64,000 bases of DNA from Stegostoma tigrinum. Taxonomy: Eukaryota. The DNA lies in assembly GCF_030684315.1 (NCBI RefSeq), contig NC_081387.1, forward strand, positions 11,200,867 to 11,264,866, in the 5' to 3' direction. The position numbers were made by a program, and so were the translations under genes. Numbering within the stretch: the first letter of the stretch is position 1; every line of letters starts with the position of its first letter. The notes below the pieces were generated by a model, which was not told the origin of the DNA, searched no databases, and worked only from the letters and a program-made list of their open reading frames with translations. This document shows, piece by piece, positions 49,871-62,224 of this stretch.

Positions 49871-52149
49871 TCTCAATGTGCTGTGAAATCCTGCTGTCAT
49901 AGAGACGTTTGATGTAGCTTTAAGAATAAAGAAAAATGATTGAAGTTTATATACGCTAAAGGGAGTCCCTCCTGATACTGCGTCCCTCAGTGAATTTGGT
50001 CCAAGGTGTGGAACATACAAGATCCTCATTGCACCTGTGTTTTCCCTGTGGAAGGTATTAAGCAAAGACACAACTTCATCTACACCTTTGGGAACAACAG
50101 CAATACATTGAAATAATGACGCGATATATTCAGACTTTAAGCCAAGTAAATGACGAAGATTATATCTAAAGTTAAACAATTAATTGTGACTGTTGTATTC
50201 AAACTTTTCTTCCATGTTTTTTACCCTTGTTGCACTTCATCTGTCTCCCCTAAGTCCAGTCCCTGTTGCCTCAACTCTCTCATAGGTAGTTGTCACTGGT
50301 TCCTATCCTGATTCCACATGTTTCCATGAAATTTCTTCCTTTTCTTTATATCCTTTACACCAGAACGATTTCTCCCTCACATGACATGAAAAGGGAAAAG
50401 ATGGACTTACTCTGTAGGTCATAAGAATGTAAGAAACAGGTGCAGGAATAGGCCTCCAGCTTGCACTGCTAATCACCTAGGTCACGGCTGTTTTATTTTA
50501 TCTCAGCTCCATGCTCCTCATTCTCCACATCTGTCTTCATTCTTTCTGAGATTAACAAAAGCTGTTTTCTCAGTCTTAAATATATTCAATGGAAGATCAC
50601 CAAACATTTTTGTTGTAAAGAATTCCAAAGTTTCACAACCCTCAGAATAGACAAATCACTCCTCTTCACAGTTCCTCACCATTGACTGCATGTTGTGAGG
50701 ACGGGTCTTCATATTCCACAGCCAAAAGATTCAATCTCTGGCTGTTTGGCCTTTGAAGCATTTTCTGATGTTATGTAGGAGGGTCTGTGCCTTTGGTTAT
50801 TAAGTTGATGTGTTAACTCTGTTTGCCTGCACTGTTGCTGCATGACCTGCTGAGTATTTACGGTGATATTACATTTGTTATTACAATCAGAATCTTCTGT
50901 GTCAGTGAGATCACGTAGCATTCTTAGAAACTCCAGAGTCTAAGCACAAACGTCAAAGACCTCACAGTCGTGGCAAAGCTTCCTGTTCTATTATTATAAT
51001 CATATTCCATTACAGGACCACATGCCACTAGGCGTCCACATAGCTCACTGTATCTGCACACCAACATTTTCTATTCAATATCTGAGTATACACGGTTTCT
51101 CTAGATATTTACATTTTTGGAAAGTTTCATAAATGTTCTGATTTTTGTTTTGTTCTACAGGCTAAAGTCTCTTGCACCACCTCCTCACATTGCAGTCTGT
51201 TGTGATTCTGTTACCCACATGTCGAGATATTTTTACAGCTTCTTCTTTCCTACTTATATTATGTCCCCAACTGTCTTGGTGACTTTAATATCACCTAAGA
51301 TATGAATGTATGTTCCTAATAGCTGAGGCTTCAGCATTGATCTTCATGGCATTCTACTGGGAACAGCTGATCAAGTTGAAAGTGCATCAGTTATGCCAAC
51401 TCTCTGCTTCCTCTCTGTTAAATATTCCTACAGATTGGGAGGAGTAAGCAGCAAGTCAGCATTACTGTTAAAAAAAACCTAAATCATGCTTTTGGTATGT
51501 TAGAATTATAGTGAAGCAGACCAGGAGGAGCGTGCAGCAAGTCAGCATTGCTACAGGAATTCAGCATCACTTTAAAGCAGAATGGCAGAGTGGACATGTG
51601 TGAGGAGTGTTTCAGTGGAGGGACATAGTAATTGGAAACAGAGCCTCTTCAATCTGTTCTTACCTCTTGTTGCCAAAGTGTGTTGTCACAGGAAAACAAG
51701 GCAATTGGTGTGTGTTTATTCCATGTGGTTTTGATAGGCCATGTGGCTTATATTAGGAGATGTCAGTATATATGAAAGGTACAGTTAAGACTTTCAAACT
51801 TAACATGTTCAATATCTGAATGAATGCATTATAAGGAATAGAGTTTGCTGGACTTTTAATGTGTTGCAGCTGCAGTATAGTAGAGCTGGTAGATACTGCT
51901 GTGATCGAAGTTGACCAAATCTGCACAAAGTATTGACTGCAGCCAGATTTGATGGGCTAGGGACTCAGCGACTGACACCATGACACATCAGGGATGGGGG
52001 TGGGAGGGTGGTGGGTGCAGGGTGGTGGGTGTAGGGAAGAATGATCTGAACATTGTTTCAGAGTCAGGCACATCCCATAATTTAATTAGATAAAATTTGG
52101 ACAGTACACAGGCACAACGGATATGACTGTGAGTGTTGGACTCCAGAAC

Positions 52150-53095
52150 TTCCCATTTGAAGATGCTCAACCAATGCCTTTGTGACATAGATATGAGTTA
52201 TTGCTCCTTGTGTGAAGGCAGCTACAGACTGCAGGGAGATTGAGCAAACTGACTAAAGCAGCATGGTACAGACAACTTGGTGGAGAAAAGGGGAATGTAT
52301 TACTAATGTGGGATAGCATCCTTAGGGCAATACACACTGTTAATTGTAGGGAAGACAAAAATTGCAAAAGCTGTATTGCCTTTCTGGTGCCAAGATGAAG
52401 GATATCTCTTCTGAGCCAAAAACGATTTTTAAATGAGGGTGGAAAGATCCAGTTTTGTGTTTCCTGTGTATGTACCAATGACAAAGGTAGGACTTGGATA
52501 AAAGATCTACTGAGGGAATGCGCACAGCTTGAGGCTGCATTAAAAAAGCAGATCGACGAAGGTAATAAACACAGCATTATAAAATCTATAATATTATATA
52601 CCTTGTGCTAATTAACATGAGTTAAGTGAAAATTGACAGATGACAAATTTAGAGAAATAAATCCGCGGTTCAGTGGTTGGTATCAGAGAAATAGGTTATG
52701 ATTCATTGGGCGTGGGTCCCAGTACTGGAAATTACATTGGGTACACAGAAATGGGCTTCATTTGGATCATGCTTGGACCAGTATCCTTGCCAATTATATA
52801 ACAAGACTTCTTGCTAGAACATCAATTTAAGACAGATGAGAGTAAATTTATTCCCTTAGCATGTTGTGCGTCTTGGGAACTTGTTTCCAGAGAGGATGTG
52901 GGGTAGAACCCTTGTGTACATTTAAAGCTCAGATTGATTGATTCTTGACCAGGAGGGGTATCAATGGTTATAGACAAAGGGCGGGAAAGTGGATTTGAAG
53001 AGTGCCGTGTTAGCTGTTATCATATTCAATGTCAGAAAGACTTGAAGGGCTGAATGGTCTAATCCTGTTTCTCTTGCTTAATTGTCTTATGGCTT
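52150..53095 (+). mobile_element. Decayed CR1 ORF1 esterase fragment plus a LINE 3' end
   Basis: GTGGGATAGCATCCTTAGG (GDS.LR-like), TATTGCCTTTCTGGTGCCAAG (CLPGA), TACCAATGAC (TND). Ends in TCTTATGGCTTTATGG. Confidence 0.65.
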
Positions 53096-53839
53096 TATGG
53101 GAGGAATAACTTATCTCTGCTTCACAAAAGAGCTGAACTCCAGAAGTGAGGTGAGAGTAACTGCACTTGACATTTTTTTTGACGAATTGTGGAACCCATC
53201 AATGTTATTATTCGATTTCTCAATGTCCTCTGTCTGCGGCACTGATCTGTGCACAAGTACCCCAAGGCTCCTCTGCTCTCGTGCTCGCTTTAGGATTGCA
53301 CGTTTACTTTTTATGTGGCTTCCTCATTCCTTCTGCCTAAGTGAAGCAATTCACGTTCCTCTGCATTAATCCTATTTGAACCCTTGAATCCGCCACGAGT
53401 TCTTCTGTCCCACTCTCTACGTAAATGCCAAGTGTATCGCTCTCCCGCTCACTGTTCATAATCGTTCTGATAGATTGGCTGAAAGGAAATATTTGTGAAT
53501 TTTTTCAAATAATTGGCTGAGGAAGGGTCACCCGCCTGAAACATTAACTCTGATTTTTCTTCACAGATGCTGCCAAACCTGCTGAGCTTTCCCAGCAACT
53601 TCTGTCTTTGTTCCTGATTTAGAGCTTCCGCAGTTCTTTCGGTTTTTTTTATTGGCTTTGTCTAATTACGTTCTTTTCTTTCAGTATATGGTTAAATCTT
53701 GCTGAGTTAAGTTTTTAGCATTTGTCTAAGGACTGATGATTGCATTAGCTTGCCTCTAGTTCACAACCCCCCACTCCCTCTCTCCCTGTGTCTCCTTTCC
53801 TGGACAGCTGTTTCATTTGGTAACGTCCAATTCGACTGA

Positions 53840-54150
53840 GGCGGGTCCAAACGAATTTTGCAAATTGATCACCTGCCTCGCTCCACAATCCCTCCAGCTC
53901 AATCTGTCCGTTCGCGGGGATCGAGTCGTGGGGATTCGTGGGATTTCGTTTTTTTCCCCCCAGTTTCTCGGGAACATTTTCCTTGCTGATATCGCTAAGA
54001 GAGTGTCCCGTGCCCGAAGGAATGCAGCTTGCCCATGAAAACAGCGTTTGCACGTCAACCAGAGAGAGAGAGAGAGAGAGAGCGTGTTTCATTACCCGGC
54101 CTGAAATAGCACCTCGAGTGCGCACACATAGGAAAATCACCGAGCGTTGT
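53840..54150. promoter_or_regulatory. Small CpG-rich segment with a (GA)n tract, possible regulatory element
   Basis: Local CpG cluster, a (GA)n run at 54061-54082 and GCACGTCA, ~3.5 kb upstream of the NCR3-like leader. Confidence 0.35.
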
Positions 54151-56629
54151 TTTGCGATGTGGGAGCTCTCGTGCTTTTATATTTCATGCACTCTGCAGGG
54201 TATGTTGGAGGCTCAGGCTGGTGGGTTTCCATGCTTCAGCGTAAAAGCAGGCTATTCGGCCCATTTAGGTGCATACTGCCCCTGCAACAACAAGCACCTC
54301 GGGATTTTCTAAGAAACTCTGGATATGAGTACACTTCAAGGATATGTTGTAAACAAAATTATTTTCAAATTTTAAAGTCCCGTGCTTTCCGTGAGTGTTG
54401 CCGAACGTATCAGCACTCTGAGTGAAATAATATCTGATCGTTGTTTTCTCCGTTAATGAGCTCCCAGATCTCTGGCTGTCCCGTCACATGGAACCGATGT
54501 TCTGTGGTATCTGAGTCAGTTTTTGTTTTAGTTAGATCATCTTTATGGTCCCACCCTTCACCTTTCCTGGTCTACAGAGGACAAGCCCAGCATTTCCAAT
54601 CTCTCCCCACAATAGAACATTTCATTCTGGTAATATCATTCTGTTAAAGATCATGTGAATTGTCGTGGAGGCTGAGATGTGCTCCTGAAGTTTTCTTTCT
54701 CAGTTAGAAAGGACACCCTCACCAGGGCCCAAACAGTGCTGTGTAAATAGCTTGTAGTATTACCCCTGGACTGTCAATCCAGAAACCCGGGTGATGTTCT
54801 GGGGATCTGGGTTCTAATTCTGCCAGTCTAGATGATATAATTTGAATCCAATGGCGAAAGTGGAAACAAGAATCTAATGATGACCATGAATCTGTTGTCA
54901 ATTGTCAGAACAAACCCAACTGGTTCAGCAATGTCCTTTAGGGAACTAAGCTGCCATTTCAATCTGGTCTGGCTTACATGTGACTCCAGACCCGCAGCAA
55001 TGGGGTGAGCTTTGCGAATGTCCTCTGAGCAAAAAGGGATGGACAATCAATTCTGGCCGAGTCAGCGACGCCCTTATTCTGTGAATGAATAATTTTTTAA
55101 AAAATCAGAAATAGGATTCGGCCATTTAGCCCCTCCGTTCAGCTTTACCAATCTTGCAGATCATGGCTGATTCAACGCTCCTGGTGTCGACTTTCTTGCC
55201 CTTTCCCCGAAATCTTTCATTCCAAAACTGCCCAGGAACCTGTCTGTCCCAGCCTTAAATATACACACGGCAGGTGACACTTTTTCTGCAAAGCTTGGGC
55301 GCTTAGTAATAAAGAAAAACTACAATGTTACACACCTTCTCAACTGCCTGGTAAACTTGCCTTGCTGCTTCCAAAACAAATTGCAGTTTGCAACCCAAAG
55401 GAGCGGTGCCTCTTCTACAATCACGAAAAGGTCATTCAGATCAGAAGAACCGGTAACAGGCCATACAGCCTCTCCAGGACAAACAACCGTTCCACGTGAG
55501 CATGGCTGATTTCACGTGGGGCTCAACTTTACTTTCCTGCCCGCTCCTCGTAACCCCAGTGACATTACTCTCCACGTGGCCAACGCCCAAGCTCAGTACA
55601 GTCCCTGTCCAAGATTGCATCTACCCCGAGTCTGCCCATTTCTCCAGTTCTACCCTGTTTGTGCTGAAGTCAGTTACAGCGCCTTCTTGAGAGCGTGGAC
55701 GGTGGCGCAGAGACAATGTCACTGAACTGGTCAATCCAGAGGCCAATGGGGCAGGTTTCAAAAGGCATTAAAAAATCAAAATTCCAGCAAGTGCTGTAAT
55801 TTGAATGAGCAAACGTGGGGTATAAAACTCACGTCAGTGATGGTGACTGCGAAAACTATTGTTTACAATCGCCTCACGGGTGAGAGTCAGTCTTAGATGG
55901 GACGGCAGAGCCGCCCCTTTATGATTCATGCTCGACTGCCCGGTGAATGGTCTGAGAACACAGCCACGCTGCAGATCCATTAGATTTGCGACACAAATGC
56001 TGACCTTTTCGGCAGAGTGTCCATCCCACAAGGAAAAAAGTTGTTTGACCAGTCTGCAATGAGTTTTCCACAGATTCCGAAATTGCACTCTCCCTAGCCA
56101 AGTCCGGGTAATTTGTATGTAACAAGGAACCTGGTGGTTCTTCTACCAGCATCTGGGAGACATTACTGCGCTATTCTCACCAAGAGAAGGAGATAAATTA
56201 TCGAGGCATCTTAACGCTTCATCTTCTGTACCTTAACGATCCAGATGCCGGATAGTGATCTCTCCCAAGTGAGTGCATTCCTACCACGAAGCGTCCTTGT
56301 CAGAACATGTCCATTCATACAATCACATAGGGGATGTCTTTAAGAGCAGCTGGACACTGTGGTGTATGGAGTTCTTTATTACCCTGTCCAACTCTATTTT
56401 GATTCAATTCACACCGTTCCCTCTCACATTTGTCACGTAAACATTGGCCTTATCAGGCTTTGCTTGTTAATGGTTCCCTGACCATGTGGCTGTTTTTCCT
56501 GGTGGTGCAAGTGTAGTAAAGCGGTAACTGTTTACAGGGTCACTGCATCTACAAACACAACCACGGCGTGCAGGGGGAGCTTAGGGGTTAAAAATAAAAG
56601 TTGAATCGTACAGGACAGAAGTAACCGTT

Positions 56630-57400
56630 TGGAGTATGAAATCTATGAACATTAATGTACATTAATACCTGCATTCGCCCATTTTCCCGCACTAGGCCCA
56701 AAGCCTTTAATGTTATGACACTTCAGTTGCTGATCCAAGTACTTTTTAAGGGTTATAGGATGCCCGCCCTCAACTACCCTCCCAGGCAGAGCGCCCCTCA
56801 TCCCACACCACACTCTCAGTGAAACAACCTTTTCTCAAATCCAGCACCGCTCCCCCCAGCACACCCCTTACCCACCAACCCTCTCTCCTTTCATTTTAAA
56901 AGTGTACCTCTTGTGATAGACTCTTCAGCAAAAGGGTACAGCTGTTTTCTATTTACCCTGACCATACCCCTCACAATCTCATACACTTCTACCACGTACC
57001 CCACCACCCCACCCCCCCAACCCCCACTAACTGTCTCTGCTCTGAAGAAAACAACCTGAGTTTACGGAGTCTCTCTGCAGAACTGAAGTGTTCCAGCCAT
57101 CACAACATCTTGGCCGATTCCCTCTGCCCCCCCTTCCCGTGCAATCACCTCCCTCCTGCCGTGTGCTGACTAGATCTGCACGTACTACTCTCGCTGTGGT
57201 CAAGCCAAAGTGCTGTACAGCTCCAACATGACCTCGCTGCTGTTTTAGTCTGCGCCTTAACTGAAAAAGGCAAGTGCCCTGTGTGTCTTCTGAGCTCCCC
57301 AATGTCCCTCTCCTACCACCTCCACGGACATTTAGACAAGATCCGCAAGACCACTCTGTCTTTTTAGCTTCTTAGAGTCTTACTATTGATCGCATGCTCC
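56630..57400 (-). mobile_element. Old CR1 LINE 3' fragment
   Basis: CTGTACAGCTCCAACATGACCTC and CTACCCTCCCAGGCAG segments, typical of reverse-complemented CR1 3' regions. Confidence 0.6.
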
Positions 57401-57628
57401 CATCACTTGTTCCATGACCTTTGCTCGTGTTTGTGTGCGACACAAGTTGTGCGCTATTTGCGTGTGAGAGAAGAAGAAATTACCTAAACTGCTTCTGATG
57501 TTTTTTTCCTGTTTGTTTCCACTTCCCCCATGTCTGGAAACCGAACTCACGTTCATTGGTCCGTTGAATGACTCAAATATTCTAATCCTTACGCTACCTG
57601 CATTATCAAGCAACCAGCTGCAGGAAGA

Positions 57629-57671
57629 ATGCGCTGGATTGCAGTTACCTGGATCACCGCTGTACTCTCAG
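57629..57671 (+). pseudogene. NCR3/NKp30-like gene, leader exon
   Basis: ATG CGC TGG... encodes MRWIAVTWITAVLS + G|GTAAGC (phase 1). It joins AVAVG-NITVIQSP to give a plausible signal peptide. Confidence 0.8.
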
Positions 57672-58019
57672 GTAAGCAGGTTTAGGCATGAATTGACATC
57701 AGGCTCGCACTGGAATGTATGATGTATTCTCGAGGAGTTGTCTTTTCGCGTTAGGGCATCTCAGCACAGTGGCTGTACTGTCTGAGCAACACCGATCCAT
57801 CTCCAAACGGAAGCTCCCTGAGACAGTTGTCATGCAGAGGTTGATGCTTCACAGTCCCTTCTGGTGAATTTATGCATTTAGTTTAGGGGCTAACAATGTG
57901 AAGGAAAGTACAGTGTCGACATTGGGAATGGAAGGAGTACCAACCAGGGAAATCAAAAAACATTGGGTGGGATGAGGAGAGAATTTAGGATAGTACCAGC
58001 AAAAGTATTCAGAATACGA

Positions 58020-58400
58020 CTGAGACAAAGATAGATACCTAGATAGATAGGTAGACACATGCTAGACGTATGGACAAATGCATAAACAGACAAATGAATA
58101 TATTGATAGCTCGATCGATGGAAAGGTAGAAAAATGGGCAGACAGATAGTTGGATGTTTACATCAGTAGGTACGCACAAACAGAAAGATTGTTAGATAGG
58201 TAGATCAATAAACAGATTTATACGCACAGATAGGGAAAAAAGACACACGGAACGATAGTCCAACGGTCACATAAGCAAAATAAAGATATATAGATAGATA
58301 GTTAGGTGGATGGATAGGTAGGTAAATGGATAGAACGAGATAAATAGGCAGATCGAAATAATGAATGAGTCAGAAAGACACGACAGAAATGCATAGTAAT
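58020..58400. repeat. Degenerate (GATA/GACA)n microsatellite region
   Basis: Recurring TAGATAGATAG, GACAGATAG and AAACAGA motifs. Confidence 0.75.
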
Positions 58401-59420
58401 TAGGGGCAAATCAATAGAAATAGATCCTCTCTCACATGGTGTTTTGTTGCGATATGGGATGCATTTTGATTTCAGGGCACTTTGCAATTTGTCTCTGCCT
58501 CATGACGCGGCAGATACACGTTTAACAACAGCATTCAAAATGGAATCGGCAAAATCATTAGAAGATATATCGGTACTTCGATATAACGAAAGAGAGCAGC
58601 GTGTGAGCTAATCATTCTCTGAAAGAGATGGCGCAGTCTCCCTGGAATGAACAGCCTCTATGTCTGCCGTAGAATTCCAGAATTCTTCCCTTGCAACATT
58701 TTACAAGTATTCCTTATCCCTGAGAATGATTAGCAGTGCTGGCTGGATCGAGCCAAACAATTGTTTTCGAATCTTTTTTGTCGAAGCCCCGAATAATTGT
58801 AACCATTGAAGGGAATATAGAGAAACAGACATAATTTTAGCAGGAGTAGGCTTGCTTCACCGTTCATTGTGATGATGGCAGATTATACAACTCAGTAGCT
58901 TGCTCCCGCTATATCCCCGTGTGTTTCTCTTAGACCCAAGAGTGTGTCCAACTCCTCCTGGAAAACATCAATGTTTGGGCCTCGACTGCTTTCTGTGGCA
59001 GAGAATCCCACAGGTTCCCCACGCCCTTGGTGAAGGCATTTCCCCTCATCTCAATTCCAGATAGATTACCCCATATTCTTATAGTTAGACCCCTGGATCT
59101 GGCCTCCTCAGCAGTCGGGAATATCCTTTCTGCATTTGCCGTACCTATCTAGTCCCCTTTCTATGAGATCCCTCCACCACCTCTTCGTTCTAAGCTCTAG
59201 TGGAGATGACCCTAACGCAATCTTTCACTAGTTTTTAATTTGAGGTATTATCGGTGCAGCTGTCTCCTACGTATGAAACATTTCTTTCGTCAGTAGTTTA
59301 AGGAATTTGATAAGCAGCGCTTAAAGAGACATGGCCAGGCATTTAAACTTTTACACTATAGCTGTGTAAGAACAGATAGACCACAGCGTTTATGCAGGAA
59401 CACAGGAATAGGAGGAGGCC

Positions 59421-59648
59421 GCAAAAATAACGTTGGTGGAAGAGCTCAGCAGGTCTGGCAGCATCTGTGGAGGAGAAAACAGAGTTAACGTCTCTGGTCC
59501 GGTGACCCTTCCTCAGAATACCGGGCCCGAAACGTTATCTCTGGCTTCTCCTCCACAGATGCTGCCAGACCTTCTGAGCTTTTCCAGCAACTTCTGTTTT
59601 TGTTCCTGATTTACAGCATCCGCAGTTCTTTTGGCTTTTTTGTTTAAA
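59421..59648 (+). mobile_element. Fold-back PLE-derived element with a 14-bp TSD
   Basis: TSD AATAGGAG(G/T)AGGCC at 59407-59420 and 59649-59662. Inverted arms meet at hammerhead-like CTGAGGAAGGGTCACCGG / CCGAAACGTT. Confidence 0.8.
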
Positions 59649-60336
59649 AATAGGAGTAGGCCAATCAACTTGCTCGATCCTGTACCACTATTTAATGGCA
59701 TTACATCTAATCTCTCCGCTGGCAAACCGTTCACCGCCTGGTAATGTCATCACATGAAGGGGGAGGAAATTTGCCTAAATCCACACGCCTTCCAATTTAC
59801 TCCTTTCCTAGTCAGGAATATTTCGCAGCGAGACATTCGAAAGACTGCGCACAGATTCCAATGCGAAGAGACTAGCACCACGACAGTCTCAGCAGTAACA
59901 CTATGGTGGGGGCTGAAGGGATACTTTTCCAGAAGAAGTAAAATCCCGCATTGTTCATTTGACACTATCGATCTGAATAGAGATCGCACCCAAGGAAAAG
60001 GCACATGCATCAAACTGGTGAAAGCAGAGATGGCTTTCTTTTCTCTGTGAAATTAATTCACGCGTCATATTTGTATGAAAGAAAAACCCGACAATTTGTG
60101 TGAAACAACCTGAAACTTGGCTTAGTTTATGAGATTCGGATGAAATCAAGATGCAGCACAGAAAGGAGCTCCATTACCAGAACAATATAAGCGAAAGCAA
60201 AACACAGAGCAATTGCCAGAGCTTCAATATGCAGTGGCACTACAAGCATAATGTTGTATTAACACTGGAATTCTACAACGTGCTTGAAAAATAAAACGGA
60301 CTGCAGTTTTATGAAGTTAGTCTTACCCACTTACAG

Positions 60337-60677
60337 CAGTTGCTGTTGGAAATATCACAGTTATTCAGAGCCCGGACTCTCTCACCAAAACGCCGGGCCA
60401 GACAGCGCGCCTGGGCTGTACGTATTAGGGACCCAGCGGCATCGGCAGCTACACGGGGCACCGGGGAAACAAGGGGGGAATGAAGTCTCCACCAACACAG
60501 CGGAGTTCCGAGGCCGGGTGTTGGCGGCGGGCCAAGGGGATTTCAGGGACAGGAGAGACGCCTCGATCAGAATCGTTGATCTGAAACCGGAGGACACCGG
60601 GTTCTATATCTGCGAGGTGGCTTTCATGGGAATGCGGGAAGCCTATGGAGCAGGGACCACGCTGACAATGACGCGGG
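60337..60677 (+). pseudogene. NCR3: NCR3/NKp30-like germline-joined VJ-type Ig V exon, disrupted
   Basis: NITVIQSPDSLTKTPGQTARLGCTY*GPSGIGSYTGHRG / GNEVSTNTAEFRGRV...DASIRIVDLKPEDTGFYICEVAFMGMREAYGAGTTLTM resembles recalled NKp30 (IGSVTW, KEV.NGTPEFRGRL, YVCRVEVLGLG.GTGNGTRL). Lesions: TAG at 60426-60428, Trp-to-Gly at 60456, a -1 frameshift in the G run 60473-60478, and donor TTAAGT. Confidence 0.82.
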
Positions 60678-60769
60678 TTAAGTGCGGGGCAGCTGAGCTA
60701 TTCCTAACGAAACAATATGGACTTAATCATGGAAGTTCATTCCAGTAATGTATTTCTTTTCGGCTCTAG

Positions 60770-60829
60770 GCAAACTATCCACTCTGTTAACCCAAACTGC
60801 TATCTCTACAGTAACGACATCAACCTCAG
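60770..60829 (+). pseudogene. Candidate Ser/Thr-rich stalk exon of the NCR3-like gene
   Basis: Polypyrimidine + TAG| GKLSTLLTQTAISTVTTSTS G|GTACCC. 60 nt, phase 1-1. Confidence 0.55.
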
Positions 60830-60904
60830 GTACCCCTTCAATTAGCACACTATCCGGGCTTGGAATGATCAATATCTCGCAGTACCTGACTCAAAATCCT
60901 GTTA

Positions 60905-61223
60905 TGATTAGATTAGATTCCCTACAGTGTGGTAACAGGCCCTTCGGCCCAGCAAGTCCACACCGCCCCTTGAAGCATCCCACCCAGACCCATCCCCCTG
61001 TAACCCACAAACCCCTGTACACTACGGGCAATTCAGCATGGCCAATCCACCCTGGCCTGCACATCTTTGGACTGTGGGAGGAAACCGGAGAACCCGGAGG
61101 AAACCCACGCAGACACCGGGAGAATGTGCAAACTCCGCACTGAGAGTCGCCCGAGGCTGGAATCGAATCCGGGTCCCTGGTGCTGTGAGGCTGCAGTGCA
61201 AACCACTGAGCCACCGTGCCGCC
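60905..61223 (-). mobile_element. tRNA-derived V-SINE-like (HE1-type) element
   Basis: Reverse complement has A box GGCACGGTGGCTCAGTGGTT, B box GATTCGATTCC, core GTGCGGAGTTTGCACATTCTCCCGGTGTCTGCGTGGGTTTCCTCCGGG and a (TCTAA)n tail. Confidence 0.85.
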
Positions 61224-62062
61224 CCCTCCCTAATAAACACTGTAGGTGTGTAAGAACAGATAGACCACAGTGTTGAGGCGGAAACAAGGAGTTCGAAACT
61301 GTCCCACCGTGTAATGACATTATAGCTGATCTGTAAACTAACTTCATATATCTGTCTTTGGTATTTAACCTTTGCATAACAAAAAATACTCTCTCAGATT
61401 TAAATTAACAGCAGATTTAGCATCCACTACAGTTTTGTGTGGAGAGCTCCAAATATCTACCACCCTTTGTATGTAGAGGCGCTTCCTGATATCTCTCCTG
61501 AACGGTCTGGCCTCAGTCTCAGACTATGCCCCTTAATTCCAGAAAACTCGTTCAGTGGAAGTAGTTTTAATCAAATGGCTCGTCTTCTTCAGAAAGAAGC
61601 CGCTTTAGAGGTTCACAATGAATACTGAACTTCTCAGCGGTGGCTGAATTCCTCAGAAGTAATGATTGAGATTATTAAAATTGGATTTCAGACAGTTTTG
61701 GGCAATCGTTTAACAAGTAATCGGTCATTGGGTGCAAGTGGGGAATTGGAATGCTAACGAGGGCAATAGATGGGACTTGGGGTATTTCAGCGGGTGAAAT
61801 AACACCCGGTAACCAATGGCCCGAAACTGATAGCAGTGTCTTAAAGTTCCTGAATTAACGTCCCGATCGTGCCCCCTGAAGAATTGGAAACTCTCCTTTC
61901 GGCCGCTACGTCAGTTTGTGTTTTCATTCGATGACTAAGTATGATCAAGGCCATTGAAAAATATTAGTCAAGAGCTGCGCACCGCGCAGAGTTGAAAACT
62001 TGCGCACTATTCACTGACCATCATTCTAACCTTGCCTGTTCTTTGTATAGACTTTCGCACAG

Positions 62063-62191
62063 GTAATGAGGGGAACAGCACAGCCGAGTCCAAGTCAAAT
62101 ATCTCTCTTTTTGTGTTTGCAATGGCGGTGGAGTTGTCTCTCCTGTTCATCATGGTGGTTCTCGTCATTGTCATGCACTGCCAAAAGACTG
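62063..62191 (+). pseudogene. Transmembrane exon of the NCR3-like gene
   Basis: CAG| GNEGNSTAESKSNISLFVFAMAVELSLLFIMVVLVIVMHCQKT G|GTAACA, phase 1-1, with a hydrophobic stretch of ~23 aa. Confidence 0.8.
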
Positions 62192-62224
62192 GTAACAATC
62201 CGAATTTGTGTGCCTGTGAGTATC

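Larger units (their letters stand above)
46190..51935. repeat. Segmental duplication unit B (paralogous to ~29430-34995)
   Basis: Same orientation as unit A. Shared anchors include GTGGGATTAAATTT, ACTTCAA.AGTGGAGATG.CTAAATGAGAGCAA and CACATGACATGAAA. Confidence 0.85.

Noticed and set aside
60284-60748. 154-aa ORF as an intact Ig protein
   Set aside because: Only its C-terminal half is in the Ig frame. The first Cys and the A-C strands are in another frame that contains a stop.
61266-61295. Possible RAG recombination signal (CACAGTG) downstream of the V exon
   Set aside because: No ACAAAAACC-like nonamer at a 12 or 23 spacing. It is ~590 bp from the exon, and the V exon is already VJ-joined.
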